Virus record (IMG/VR): IMGVR_UViG_3300025368_000004
Coordinates: 1 to 42,027 of that record
Source: a virus
Taxonomy: Duplodnaviria > Caudoviricetes
Direction: 5' to 3' (one strand)
Length of the DNA stretch: 42,027 bases
In this document: one piece after another, positions 1-7,290 of the stretch
Numbering within the stretch: the stretch's first letter is position 1
How the letters are laid out: every line of letters starts with the position of its first letter
The notes under the pieces: model-generated
The model's database searches: none
What the model was told of the DNA's origin: nothing
Seen by the model: the letters and a program-made list of their open reading frames with translations, nothing else
Program-made: the position numbers and the translations under genes

Positions 1-99
1 ATATATATGGTCCACAGTTTGAAAACTATTTAGAACAAAACCCTGTCAACTGGAGATCAGGGTTTGCCATACTTACATTTAAAAATGGTGTCATGTTAA
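1..99. repeat. Terminal direct repeat, copy 1 (assembly circularisation overlap)
   Basis: 1-99 is identical to 41929-42027, and an ORF reads through the junction. 99 is a common assembler k-mer length. Confidence 0.95.
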
Positions 100-176
100 T
101 GCCAGAACTGGCTATGGTTCACACCAAAGATACTATCCAGTTCCGAGGTGAAGTTATTAATGTAAAGCAATACTAG
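1..176 (+). CDS. C-terminal end of the metallophosphoesterase that wraps the circular junction
   Basis: Continues in frame from the 41157 ORF: ...GVMLMPELAMVHTKDTIQFRGEVINVKQY, TAG at 174-176. Confidence 0.85.
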   Translation, partial: IYGPQFENYLEQNPVNWRSGFAILTFKNGVMLMPELAMVHTKDTIQFRGEVINVKQY

Positions 177-270
177 ACACAAAGTAACACATTAAGTAAC
201 CTAGCGGGGATTCTCACCCCGACCTTCCCTTTATCAATGGGATATTCTAAATATTAAATTACAAGGTTAA

Positions 271-480
271 TTACTCTTCGTAATAGCAAATGTCATCAGA
301 AGTCTGTTCATCAGCTTCATCATACTCACACTCAACCCAGTCATCTGACTCTTCGTCAAACCAGTACTCTACCCCATCCTCATCCACACAATACCATACA
401 CCCTCATCTTCATCAAAGTAAAGACCATCTTCATCATAACAAGACTCTACCTCTTCAACAGTAATAGTAAATACCAACAT
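271..480 (-). CDS. Very acidic small protein (69 aa)
   Basis: Likely start is ATG at 480, after GGAGATGGG (ORF track starts at 543). 29 D/E and no K/R; aromatic-acidic repeats such as YFDEDEGVWY and YWFDEESDDWV. Confidence 0.65.
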   Translation of the reverse strand: MLVFTITVEEVESCYDEDGLYFDEDEGVWYCVDEDGVEYWFDEESDDWVECEYDEADEQTSDDICYYEE

Positions 481-1185
481 ATCCCATCTCCGTATTAGTC
501 TGGCAATATCGCCAATCCAAAGTATCCCCCATCTTTGTGACAATTACTAGTACTTAACCATAAACCTCCAGGTTAAAAATTTTTACACACAAACCAACCT
601 ATACGTTTATATAGTTAGTTAACCTAAACTTTACTAAATAAATTTGGGAATGAGGGAGTGGGCCCCCCCTCTCTCTAGTAGATTCCTTCCTACCCCCCTC
701 CCCTTAACCTGATCTTGCATGGGGGTGTGGTTAACTTAAGCTGGGGGGGGGATCTATGACTTAGAGTAATTATGTTTAGTGTGATTAGGTTTACTAATGG
801 AACTAAGCGGACGATATAGTCTTATGTATTCCCTATAGATAATGCATATTAATGCTCTAGGGTTTTCTATTGTGCGAAGTATATAAGTGTCATCAATAGT
901 ACATTAGGGGTTTATTTTTGCGATTAACGAACAACTATTTATTGCCCATTGAATTGTTTGATTATTGGGTATCTATAGCCTATTTAGTGTTTATCCTTAT
1001 AGTGTGCTTTATCTAACATTTATCCCTCTATTAACTAATATGCTGTTAAATAGGGTTTTATTTATTTAATTACAGTTTAGTAATATTTATAAGAATATAG
1101 GGTTTCCCCTAGTTAACCTTTTATGCTTGGATCGTTATATTACTTAGGTGCGATATTGCACTTTTAACTATTTATGGGGTTTACT

Positions 1186-1281
1186 ATGATTTATATGGAT
1201 CTATTCATTATTTCAGGGTTGATTGTCGTTATTGGATATAGCGGCATCTTATACATCAGAGCTAAATATTTAGGTTATTAA
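1186..1281 (+). CDS. Small membrane peptide (31 aa)
   Basis: MIYMDLFIISGLIVVIGYSGILYIRAKYLGY. Its initiation region GGGGTTTACTATGAT is identical to that of the next gene. Confidence 0.55.
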   Translation: MIYMDLFIISGLIVVIGYSGILYIRAKYLGY

Positions 1282-1296
1282 TTAAAGGGGTTTACT

Positions 1297-1626
1297 ATGA
1301 TACAAACAATCGACTTATATGATTTTAAAAATGCTTTTTCAGTAATAAATAGAAATAATCAATTCTCTAATGAGGGCTTAGAGTGGTTATTTGATTATTG
1401 TGAGGACTTAGAGAATGATTTAGGAGAGCCTTACGAACTTGATGTTATTGCTTTATGTTGTGATTTTCAAGAATCAACATATGAGGAGATTATTGATTCT
1501 TATGGCATTGAAATAAATAGAAACGACTCTGAAGAATATATACAAACTCAAATAAGAGATTTTCTCGAAGGAGAAACAATATTAGTCAATTATGATGAAA
1601 ATAAGGTTCTTTTTCAACAATTCTAA
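1297..1626 (+). CDS. Acidic hypothetical early protein (109 aa)
   Basis: Clean ORF with GGGG RBS; 26 D/E versus 5 K/R. Confidence 0.8.
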   Translation: MIQTIDLYDFKNAFSVINRNNQFSNEGLEWLFDYCEDLENDLGEPYELDVIALCCDFQESTYEEIIDSYGIEINRNDSEEYIQTQIRDFLEGETILVNYDENKVLFQQF

Positions 1627-1634
1627 AAATTTCA

Positions 1635-1681
1635 ACCTTTAACCTCTTATTTTTAGGAGGTTAAGAGGTGCAATTTTGCAC
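1635..1681 (+). promoter_or_regulatory. Intergenic stem-loop followed by a GTGCAATTTTGCAC palindrome
   Basis: ACCTTTAACCTCTTA pairs with TAGGAGGTTAAGAGGT (one bulge). The palindrome recurs as GTGCGATATTGCAC at 1148-1161. Confidence 0.5.
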
Positions 1682-1703
1682 TATTTTAAAAAAGAGTCCA
1701 ATT

Positions 1704-2330
1704 ATGAAACAATTTAACATTAAATTATCAACGCTTAAAGCATTAGTATTATTAAGCGCAAAAAAAGATATTAGATATTATTTGCAAGGTGTATTAGTAG
1801 AATTCAATCATTCTTTTACTCGCACCATTGCAACTAATGGCCATATTTTAGGGATATATCAAGAGAATTGCGAAAACCTTAAGGAAGGGTTTTTAATCAT
1901 TCCTAGAGATGTAATTGAGTCAATTTCCTCTAACGCTAAAAATATCAATCGTTTAATTACATTTAAAAACAATGGAATTGACACCTCATGGAGTTTTGAA
2001 AGTGAACCAGGAAGAAATGTAGTATTTAACCCGATTGAGGCAAAATTCCCCGATTATGTAAGAGTCACTGAAAAAATTAAAACGAACAATTTAACCGCAT
2101 ATTATGAACCAGATTATTTAAATTTATTCCATAAGACTATTAAAACAATTGGAGGAGGCGGTTTTAATTTGCACTTTAATGGGAATGATGCGGGACTTAT
2201 TACATGCTCAGATCCCGATTTTATGGGCGTTATCATGCCGAAAAGGAATGAAAGTATTGAAGGGGCTAGATTTTCTCAAAACTTAACATCATCCTTATTC
2301 ACAATTTCTCAGGAGTTTGAAAATGTATAA
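1704..2330 (+). CDS. DNA polymerase III beta-clamp-like protein (partial clamp fold)
   Basis: SAKKDIRYYLQGVLVE...IATNGHIL and IEAKFPDYVRV resemble DnaN motifs (RxxLNGV, VATDGHRL, GxFPDYxRV). Probable start is ATG 1704. Confidence 0.7.
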   Translation: MKQFNIKLSTLKALVLLSAKKDIRYYLQGVLVEFNHSFTRTIATNGHILGIYQENCENLKEGFLIIPRDVIESISSNAKNINRLITFKNNGIDTSWSFESEPGRNVVFNPIEAKFPDYVRVTEKIKTNNLTAYYEPDYLNLFHKTIKTIGGGGFNLHFNGNDAGLITCSDPDFMGVIMPKRNESIEGARFSQNLTSSLFTISQEFENV

Positions 2331-2436
2331 ATATAATTGCGGAGGTAAACTATTTTTTACTGAAAAAGAGGCCCTTAATTATGCTAATTTTATAATTAAG
2401 ATTAGTGGAATTTATTATGGAGTTGAAAAATTATGA
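2323..2436 (+). CDS. Small hypothetical protein (37 aa)
   Basis: AGGAG RBS; MYKYNCGGKLFFTEKEALNYANFIIKISGIYYGVEKL; ATGA-coupled to the next ORF. Confidence 0.55.
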   Translation: MYKYNCGGKLFFTEKEALNYANFIIKISGIYYGVEKL

Positions 2437-2588
2437 TTAAAAAGGGAGATATTGGAGTGAATTTAAATGATGATAAAGTAAGACTTTCAAGGGTTTATCA
2501 TGTAGGCCTTGAATTTGTTTATTATCAATTTTTAGAATCTCCTATTCAAGGAATTTGCAAAAAAATAGATTATTGGGTTTTAATGTAA
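2433..2588 (+). CDS. Small hypothetical protein (51 aa)
   Basis: MIKKGDIGVNLNDDKVRLSRVYHVGLEF...DYWVLM; GGAG upstream; ends just before a terminator. Confidence 0.55.
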   Translation: MIKKGDIGVNLNDDKVRLSRVYHVGLEFVYYQFLESPIQGICKKIDYWVLM

Positions 2589-2609
2589 TATTTAATTAAT
2601 CAAATTTTT

Positions 2610-2632
2610 CCAGGGTTCGCCCTGGTTTTTTT
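2610..2632 (+). terminator. Rho-independent terminator
   Basis: CCAGGG-TTCG-CCCTGG followed by T7. Confidence 0.85.
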
Positions 2633-2641
2633 GGTTTTGCT

Positions 2642-2853
2642 AAGTAAGTGAATGCTCACTTATATTACATTAAAATCTAAGCGTTTTAAGGCATTATTTT
2701 AAAAGCGTGTAGGGTATATTGGGTTAACTAATTTGATCGATTGTAGAGCGTTTTAATCGGTTTTAAAGCATTATTTTTTAGGGTATTTGGATAACTCAAT
2801 TTTATTAAGTGAGTGAGTGTTCACTTACATTTTAGCGAAGTAAGTGCTCACTT
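2642..2853. repeat. Cluster of three imperfect 16-bp palindromes (AAGTGAGnnCTCACTT-like) plus duplicated AT-rich blocks
   Basis: AAGTGAATGCTCACTT 2646-2661, GAGTGAGTGTTCACTT 2811-2826, AAGTAAGTGCTCACTT 2838-2853. Confidence 0.7.
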
Positions 2854-2934
2854 TCATTGATAAAAAAACAGAAAAATGAGGTATTTTTGCCATTTAGACC
2901 CCCCCCGTTGAAAGTGAAGGGGGGTATCAATTTT

Positions 2935-3288
2935 TTACACTACCTCTAAATATTTGAGTACCTTTTCTGCTGCTTCACGTTTCCAAGGCTTTTGCAATGG
3001 ATCTTCATAGATTTTCTTCCATTCATAAACCTGGTAAGGCCACCTATCATCAAAATGAGCATTCTTTTCTACCTTAGATCCTTTACCTTGATCTAACCAG
3101 GAATGACACCGAATACAAGCCCAAATTGAATAACAATCTTCTGCCTTTAGTCCCCTGCCTTTCCCGTGGGTTAATTGATTTGAATGTGCTGCAACTGTTG
3201 TTTCTGATTCACCTAAACAATTGTCGAGAGCTTGGAGTACACAGGGTTGGTTTTCTGCGAGTTTGAGGAGGTCTGGGTCTCTGTACAT
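2935..3288 (-). CDS. DUF1364/YbcO-like Zn-binding nuclease
   Basis: PCxLxxxxxC...TTVAAHSN...GKGRGLKAED...ACxRCHxxLD motif. Confidence 0.8.
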   Translation of the reverse strand: MYRDPDLLKLAENQPCVLQALDNCLGESETTVAAHSNQLTHGKGRGLKAEDCYSIWACIRCHSWLDQGKGSKVEKNAHFDDRWPYQVYEWKKIYEDPLQKPWKREAAEKVLKYLEVV

Positions 3289-3449
3289 GAACTAATTCCT
3301 AGTTGAATCTCTTCTGATCTTATTTGTCTGTCTATATAGTTTCTTAACCATTGTGAACCTCCCATGTCATTTACAAATTCTTTTTGTTTTTTAGTGAGTC
3401 TAATAGTTAATGTTGATTGTTTAGTTATTTCGGATTTAGGTCTTGGCAT
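3213..3449 (-). CDS. Small ribbon-helix-helix-like DNA-binding protein
   Basis: MPRPKS...LTIRLTKKQKEFVNDMGGSQWLRNYI. Confidence 0.6.
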   Translation of the reverse strand: MPRPKSEITKQSTLTIRLTKKQKEFVNDMGGSQWLRNYIDRQIRSEEIQLGISSCTETQTSSNSQKTNPVYSKLSTIV

Positions 3450-3450
3450 A

Positions 3451-3789
3451 TCAAAGTCCTGCCTTCATCTCTGCACGTTTACTATACTCTTGTACTTTCC
3501 ACACTTCTATCCTAGCCTTGGCAGCATCCAGCATCATCTTTAAATACTCTTCTTCAATAGTGTATTTCTTTATTTCTTCTATCTTTTCAATATAAGTATC
3601 ATGGCTGAGTGCGTAGGCTTCCTTTGAGGCTACGCTTCCCGACTCTTCGTTCATCAGTATTGCTTTTACTGTCTTCAGTAGGTGTTCCGACTCTATCCTG
3701 CTCCCCTTGGCTATCGAGTAAGCGTTTGCATTCTCCTGAATGAATGCTATGGCTTTGTGAGGGTTTATTGTTTCGATTGTTTCGTCCAA
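3451..3789 (-). CDS. Hypothetical helical protein
   Basis: 112-aa ORF in the operon; coiled-coil character (EAYALSH...AKARIEVWK). Confidence 0.7.
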   Translation of the reverse strand: MDETIETINPHKAIAFIQENANAYSIAKGSRIESEHLLKTVKAILMNEESGSVASKEAYALSHDTYIEKIEEIKKYTIEEEYLKMMLDAAKARIEVWKVQEYSKRAEMKAGL

Positions 3790-3862
3790 AGATGTTCTCC
3801 CAGTTCTTATTAAATGTTTCTAAATCAACTTCACTTGGTCTACGACCAGATCCTTTGCTCAT
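3599..3862 (-). CDS. Small hypothetical protein (MSKGSGRRP... type)
   Basis: Coupled to the upstream stop. The N-terminal ~28 aa look genuine; the tail overlaps the next gene. Confidence 0.45.
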   Translation of the reverse strand: MSKGSGRRPSEVDLETFNKNWENIFGRNNRNNKPSQSHSIHSGECKRLLDSQGEQDRVGTPTEDSKSNTDERRVGKRSLKGSLRTQP

Positions 3863-4077
3863 TATTTCTCCAAGAACGTTTTAGTTAATTGAATAAAGTT
3901 AACCAATCTCTTAGGATCTCTAGAATCCATCGACTCTAACAATCCTTTCAGTAGCTCTTTCGAGGTTATAAGATCGTTTGATAGGTTTCTTAGGTGTTGC
4001 TCGAAATCCGTCTGGCTCACCTTGATACTTTTGTTTCCTGTTATTGATTTTGATATCAGGTCTGCATGAATGCTCAT
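3862..4077 (-). CDS. Hypothetical protein
   Basis: AGGAG RBS, 71 aa, coupled to the next ORF. Confidence 0.55.
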   Translation of the reverse strand: MSIHADLISKSITGNKSIKVSQTDFEQHLRNLSNDLITSKELLKGLLESMDSRDPKRLVNFIQLTKTFLEK

Positions 4078-4162
4078 AAGTCTCTCCTAGTTCGTTAAAC
4101 AATGTTGAACAGGTTGAACACCTGTAAAACTTCTTACTTCCATTTCTAATCGTTTCTATCAT
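3920..4162 (-). CDS. Possible small Zn-ribbon protein
   Basis: ATGA overlap with the upstream gene; CxxC...HxC in the first 35 aa. Confidence 0.4.
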   Translation of the reverse strand: MIETIRNGSKKFYRCSTCSTLFNELGETYEHSCRPDIKINNRKQKYQGEPDGFRATPKKPIKRSYNLERATERIVRVDGF

Positions 4163-4347
4163 AAATTCATGTTAAGAAACTTTTGAATTGCTTGCTGGGG
4201 TCTCACTTCTTGCGTAATCTCATACAGTAATCTTTTCTGCAAAGGATTAAGGGTTATATACACTCTTCGTAAATCATCCTTTGGAGGCCTGCCTGAGCCA
4301 GGACGTTTACCTCCTTTTGCTAATTTGTGACCCTTTTCAAAGCGCAT
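4159..4347 (-). CDS. Small basic DNA-binding protein
   Basis: GGKRPGSGRPPK motif followed by an RHH-like segment. Confidence 0.6.
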   Translation of the reverse strand: MRFEKGHKLAKGGKRPGSGRPPKDDLRRVYITLNPLQKRLLYEITQEVRPQQAIQKFLNMNL

Positions 4348-4906
4348 TTTTCTTTTTTAATTTAGCTTCAATGGCATTAGCAAAATCAAATACACCATTG
4401 GTTATATTTTTTCCAATACCAGGCTCAGCATCAAAAACTGCAAACCATTCGACTGATATTTCTTCATGTGTCAAACCTATCCATTCAGGCTTAACATATT
4501 TTTCAGCACAAGCAAGGCAATACAACGCATAACCACCACCATTTCCACATTCAGCGCATCCTTGTTGTGGTGTTGTCTTGTACAAGGCTTCCCACCTGTT
4601 AGGATGTTTGTTCAAATCAGCGGGTCGATGCGGAATAACCAATCTTTTAATTTTTGTATGTAACCAAGCCACAGGCTCACCTTGTTCTTGCTTTGATTGT
4701 GGTGTTGTGTAGAGAGGTAATGGCTCAACATCGACTGATACTGGTGCGGTAATTTTTGTTGGCTTTGCCCAGTAAAAACCACCTTCTTGCGGACTAAAAT
4801 AAGCAACAGGCTCACCTTGCTCTTGCTTTAGTGCTTCCACAATCGTACGCACCAAGCCTTCACTAAAATGCTCACACAATAATGTAATTGCTTCTTCTTT
4901 AGTCAT
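4337..4906 (-). CDS. Modular hypothetical protein with duplicated KQEQGEPVA...TTPQ units
   Basis: Two EPVA modules, a CxxC...CxxC segment and a W-x-G-L-T-x-E-E C-terminal module. Confidence 0.75.
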   Translation of the reverse strand: MTKEEAITLLCEHFSEGLVRTIVEALKQEQGEPVAYFSPQEGGFYWAKPTKITAPVSVDVEPLPLYTTPQSKQEQGEPVAWLHTKIKRLVIPHRPADLNKHPNRWEALYKTTPQQGCAECGNGGGYALYCLACAEKYVKPEWIGLTHEEISVEWFAVFDAEPGIGKNITNGVFDFANAIEAKLKKKNAL

Positions 4907-4913
4907 ACAACCT

Positions 4914-5351
4914 CTACTCTAAATCTTCTTGTACAGTAACTTCTATATAACCTAGTTTACTATACTTTTTACACATAGTTAGCCGAGTTATTTGATTGTC
5001 GTCTAAATACACCACCTCATTCATTGCATCTAGTATTGCTTTAGCAAGATTATCAACGTCAGGTTTCTTTGTATGCTTTACAGATCCATTTAAATAGCCT
5101 TCTAATAGCTTTTTAGGGGTACTCTTAGGTATTAACATACCAAACTCTAAATTCACTCTTACAGGGCTTTCTAAAGGCTCAGAGCTACCCATTGCTAGAA
5201 CTGCATGATCTTTGATTATTTCTTCGTAAACTCTGGTTTTAGTAGGAGTGTAAGTAGATACAAAGTTACCTCGCTTGGCATACCTTGGTCTACCCTTTGC
5301 AACAGGGTTTATATCAACTCTAAAGTGGACAATGAAAGTCATTAAAAACAC
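4914..5351 (-). CDS. rusA: RusA-family Holliday junction resolvase
   Basis: PVAKGRPR and KKPDVDNLAKAILDAMN...DDNQI catalytic motifs. Confidence 0.9.
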   Translation of the reverse strand: MFLMTFIVHFRVDINPVAKGRPRYAKRGNFVSTYTPTKTRVYEEIIKDHAVLAMGSSEPLESPVRVNLEFGMLIPKSTPKKLLEGYLNGSVKHTKKPDVDNLAKAILDAMNEVVYLDDNQITRLTMCKKYSKLGYIEVTVQEDLE

Positions 5352-5526
5352 CTTCCATTTGAAACTTAAAATCTTCTAATCTTTTGTAATACTGTTTGTC
5401 AAATTCAACATCAATAGCATCTTGAATTTCTAACGTATCAATTGCTTTCTCTATCAATTTCCATTTATGTGTACTGCTCTCACTCAGGTGATCTCTTAAT
5501 GTTTTGATCGCTATTTGCTTGTTCAT
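5320..5526 (-). CDS. Hypothetical protein
   Basis: 68-aa ORF in a tightly packed operon. Confidence 0.55.
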   Translation of the reverse strand: MNKQIAIKTLRDHLSESSTHKWKLIEKAIDTLEIQDAIDVEFDKQYYKRLEDFKFQMEGVFNDFHCPL

Positions 5527-5701
5527 CTTTTAATCTTTCAATTTTTAGTTTAACTCTTTCACCCATTCCAGCAAATAGTTTACTTTCTTTTTGTTTCTGG
5601 CTTACTGCAAATCTGACGTATTCTTGCCAACCAGGCTTAAGAAATAGTTCAGCATACTTAAGCTCTAAATTTTCTAATTCTTTTTCAAAATCGTATTTCA
5701 T
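5480..5701 (-). CDS. Hypothetical protein
   Basis: 73 aa, ATGA-coupled to the Mom-like gene. Confidence 0.6.
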   Translation of the reverse strand: MKYDFEKELENLELKYAELFLKPGWQEYVRFAVSQKQKESKLFAGMGERVKLKIERLKDEQANSDQNIKRSPE

Positions 5702-6309
5702 GTAAACAAAAGCTTTTGAGTTATTACTATTCCTCCTGAATCATACTTATGAGTTTCTCCTTTTGGATAGGGTTCAATAGGATAGTTTAGTAAATTAATT
5801 AATTCTTTTTTTTGTTTTTTATCTGCATGAAAATAAACATACCTATGTTTAGAACTTCTAATTTGTCTTATAGATGGGTCTTTTGCGTGTCTACTATGTT
5901 TACCTTCCCCTGCAAACATATCTGTTCTTTCTTTTGTTGTTCCAGTAAATAAAAAATTAGATGCTTGATATACATAACCAATATGCCCTTGAGCAGTATC
6001 TGCGTAAGAAACTATTATTGTCGGCTTAGGCAAAAGTTTAATACTGTTAGCAACTAAAAAACTTGCTTGATTCTTTCCGTTGTTAAGTAAACAAATTCTA
6101 TTTAATTCTAAAACTTTATCAGAATATTCTTTTCCGCAAATCCCAAAACAAAGTTGATTAGATGCAGGTAATCCATATGTAATAACACCAATTAATATAT
6201 TTTCCTCATATAAACCAAAAGCATATTGAATCATAGGAAGTCTTCTTGCGTAATGTTTATTTAACAACCAAGGTTCTACTTCAAATGATTTAATAGGTTT
6301 TACTATCAT
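5698..6309 (-). CDS. Mom-like (GNAT-fold) DNA adenine modification enzyme
   Basis: HY...FGL...GVITYG.P...LELNR...SFLVA.SI..L....IVSYAD..QGH.GY.YQASNF.FTG matches the Mu Mom family pattern. Confidence 0.75.
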   Translation of the reverse strand: MIVKPIKSFEVEPWLLNKHYARRLPMIQYAFGLYEENILIGVITYGLPASNQLCFGICGKEYSDKVLELNRICLLNNGKNQASFLVANSIKLLPKPTIIVSYADTAQGHIGYVYQASNFLFTGTTKERTDMFAGEGKHSRHAKDPSIRQIRSSKHRYVYFHADKKQKKELINLLNYPIEPYPKGETHKYDSGGIVITQKLLFT

Positions 6310-6676
6310 CTTTGATCCTTAATGCTTCTTTAGCAAAAGTTAAACAAATAGGTCTTACTTGGATTCCTTGCTCTACCTTCTTTAATATATCTCTAGCCCA
6401 TTGTTTACCATCATAGAATGTTTGTTCTTTTACTTCTTTGTAAATAGGAGAGCACATCTTTGCAAAGGTCTTTGCATCTGGTAATTCACCCTTTAAATTA
6501 TTTAATCCAAACTTTATAAAATCTAATCTATCTTTAAATGTAGATAACTCTACTCTCCACTCTTCTTTATTTAATTTTTTAGTATCAAACCCTTTCTCTT
6601 CAAATCTGATAAACAATTTATCTATTACTCTTATTTCCATTGAATGCCTCCAGACACAACCCCAAGTAAGAAACAA
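6290..6676 (-). CDS. Putative replication protein (lambda P-like helicase loader/inhibitor)
   Basis: IDKLF.RF...W..EL..F....I...L..L....P....F..MC pattern and position downstream of the Cro-like gene. The true start is probably MEIRV. Confidence 0.4.
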   Translation of the reverse strand: MFLTWGCVWRHSMEIRVIDKLFIRFEEKGFDTKKLNKEEWRVELSTFKDRLDFIKFGLNNLKGELPDAKTFAKMCSPIYKEVKEQTFYDGKQWARDILKKVEQGIQVRPICLTFAKEALRIKDDSKTY

Positions 6677-6933
6677 CCCGAAGCAAAAAATAAAATACCA
6701 ATAATTTGAAGTATTTTTTCTTTCATTTGCTCATATCTTTTCTCTTTGAAATCTCTATAACTTTCTATGTTATCAATCTTTCTTTCAAGAACACCTGCAA
6801 ATCTCTCTAATCCCAATATCTTCTCTTCAGTTAGATGTGCATTAAACTCTGAATTCTCAAGTATTTGCAACCTACTGTTTATAGTATCAATTGACTTTAC
6901 TAATTGAACTAATGACTCTGTATCCATTTCCAT
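6631..6933 (-). CDS. Coiled-coil protein with C-terminal transmembrane helix
   Basis: AAGGAG RBS; ILQIIGILFFASGCFLLGVVSGG. Confidence 0.7.
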   Translation of the reverse strand: MEMDTESLVQLVKSIDTINSRLQILENSEFNAHLTEEKILGLERFAGVLERKIDNIESYRDFKEKRYEQMKEKILQIIGILFFASGCFLLGVVSGGIQWK

Positions 6934-6954
6934 ATCTAAACTCCTTAATATATA

Positions 6955-7285
6955 TAACTCTGCTTTTTGGTGGACGAACCTAGCCTTTCCTAGACAAGGT
7001 TCGTCTTTCCTTCCATTCTGCTTTTCGGAGCCACAGAACCCGACAGTCTTACGATGCTAGGGCACTATCTTCGCCACCCCTTGATGTTTCTCAGCATCTT
7101 CCCCACAGTACATCTATCCCCTCACTCCTGCGGTTACGTCCCACAAGTGAAGCGGTTAGTGAAGCACAAATGAAAAAACCACTTAAGTTAAGTACCCTGG
7201 TTGCAATCCCCAGGAACCCCCAAGGACAGGATACTTATTTAAGTGGTCTAAAACAATTGGTTGCAACGCCAACGTCTTCAGTATA
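6955..7285 (-). ncRNA. Candidate structured RNA or replication-control element
   Basis: GC-richer interval with no sense-strand ORF of 60 aa or more and several stems supported by G-U pairs on the minus strand. -10-like TATACT at 7285-7280; ~20-bp stem 7247-7227/7199-7178 followed by U6. Confidence 0.5.
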
Positions 7286-7290
7286 TACGA

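Noticed and set aside
1-99. 99-bp terminal repeat as a biological DTR
   Set aside because: It lies mid-gene and matches a standard k-mer length, so it is best explained as assembly overlap.
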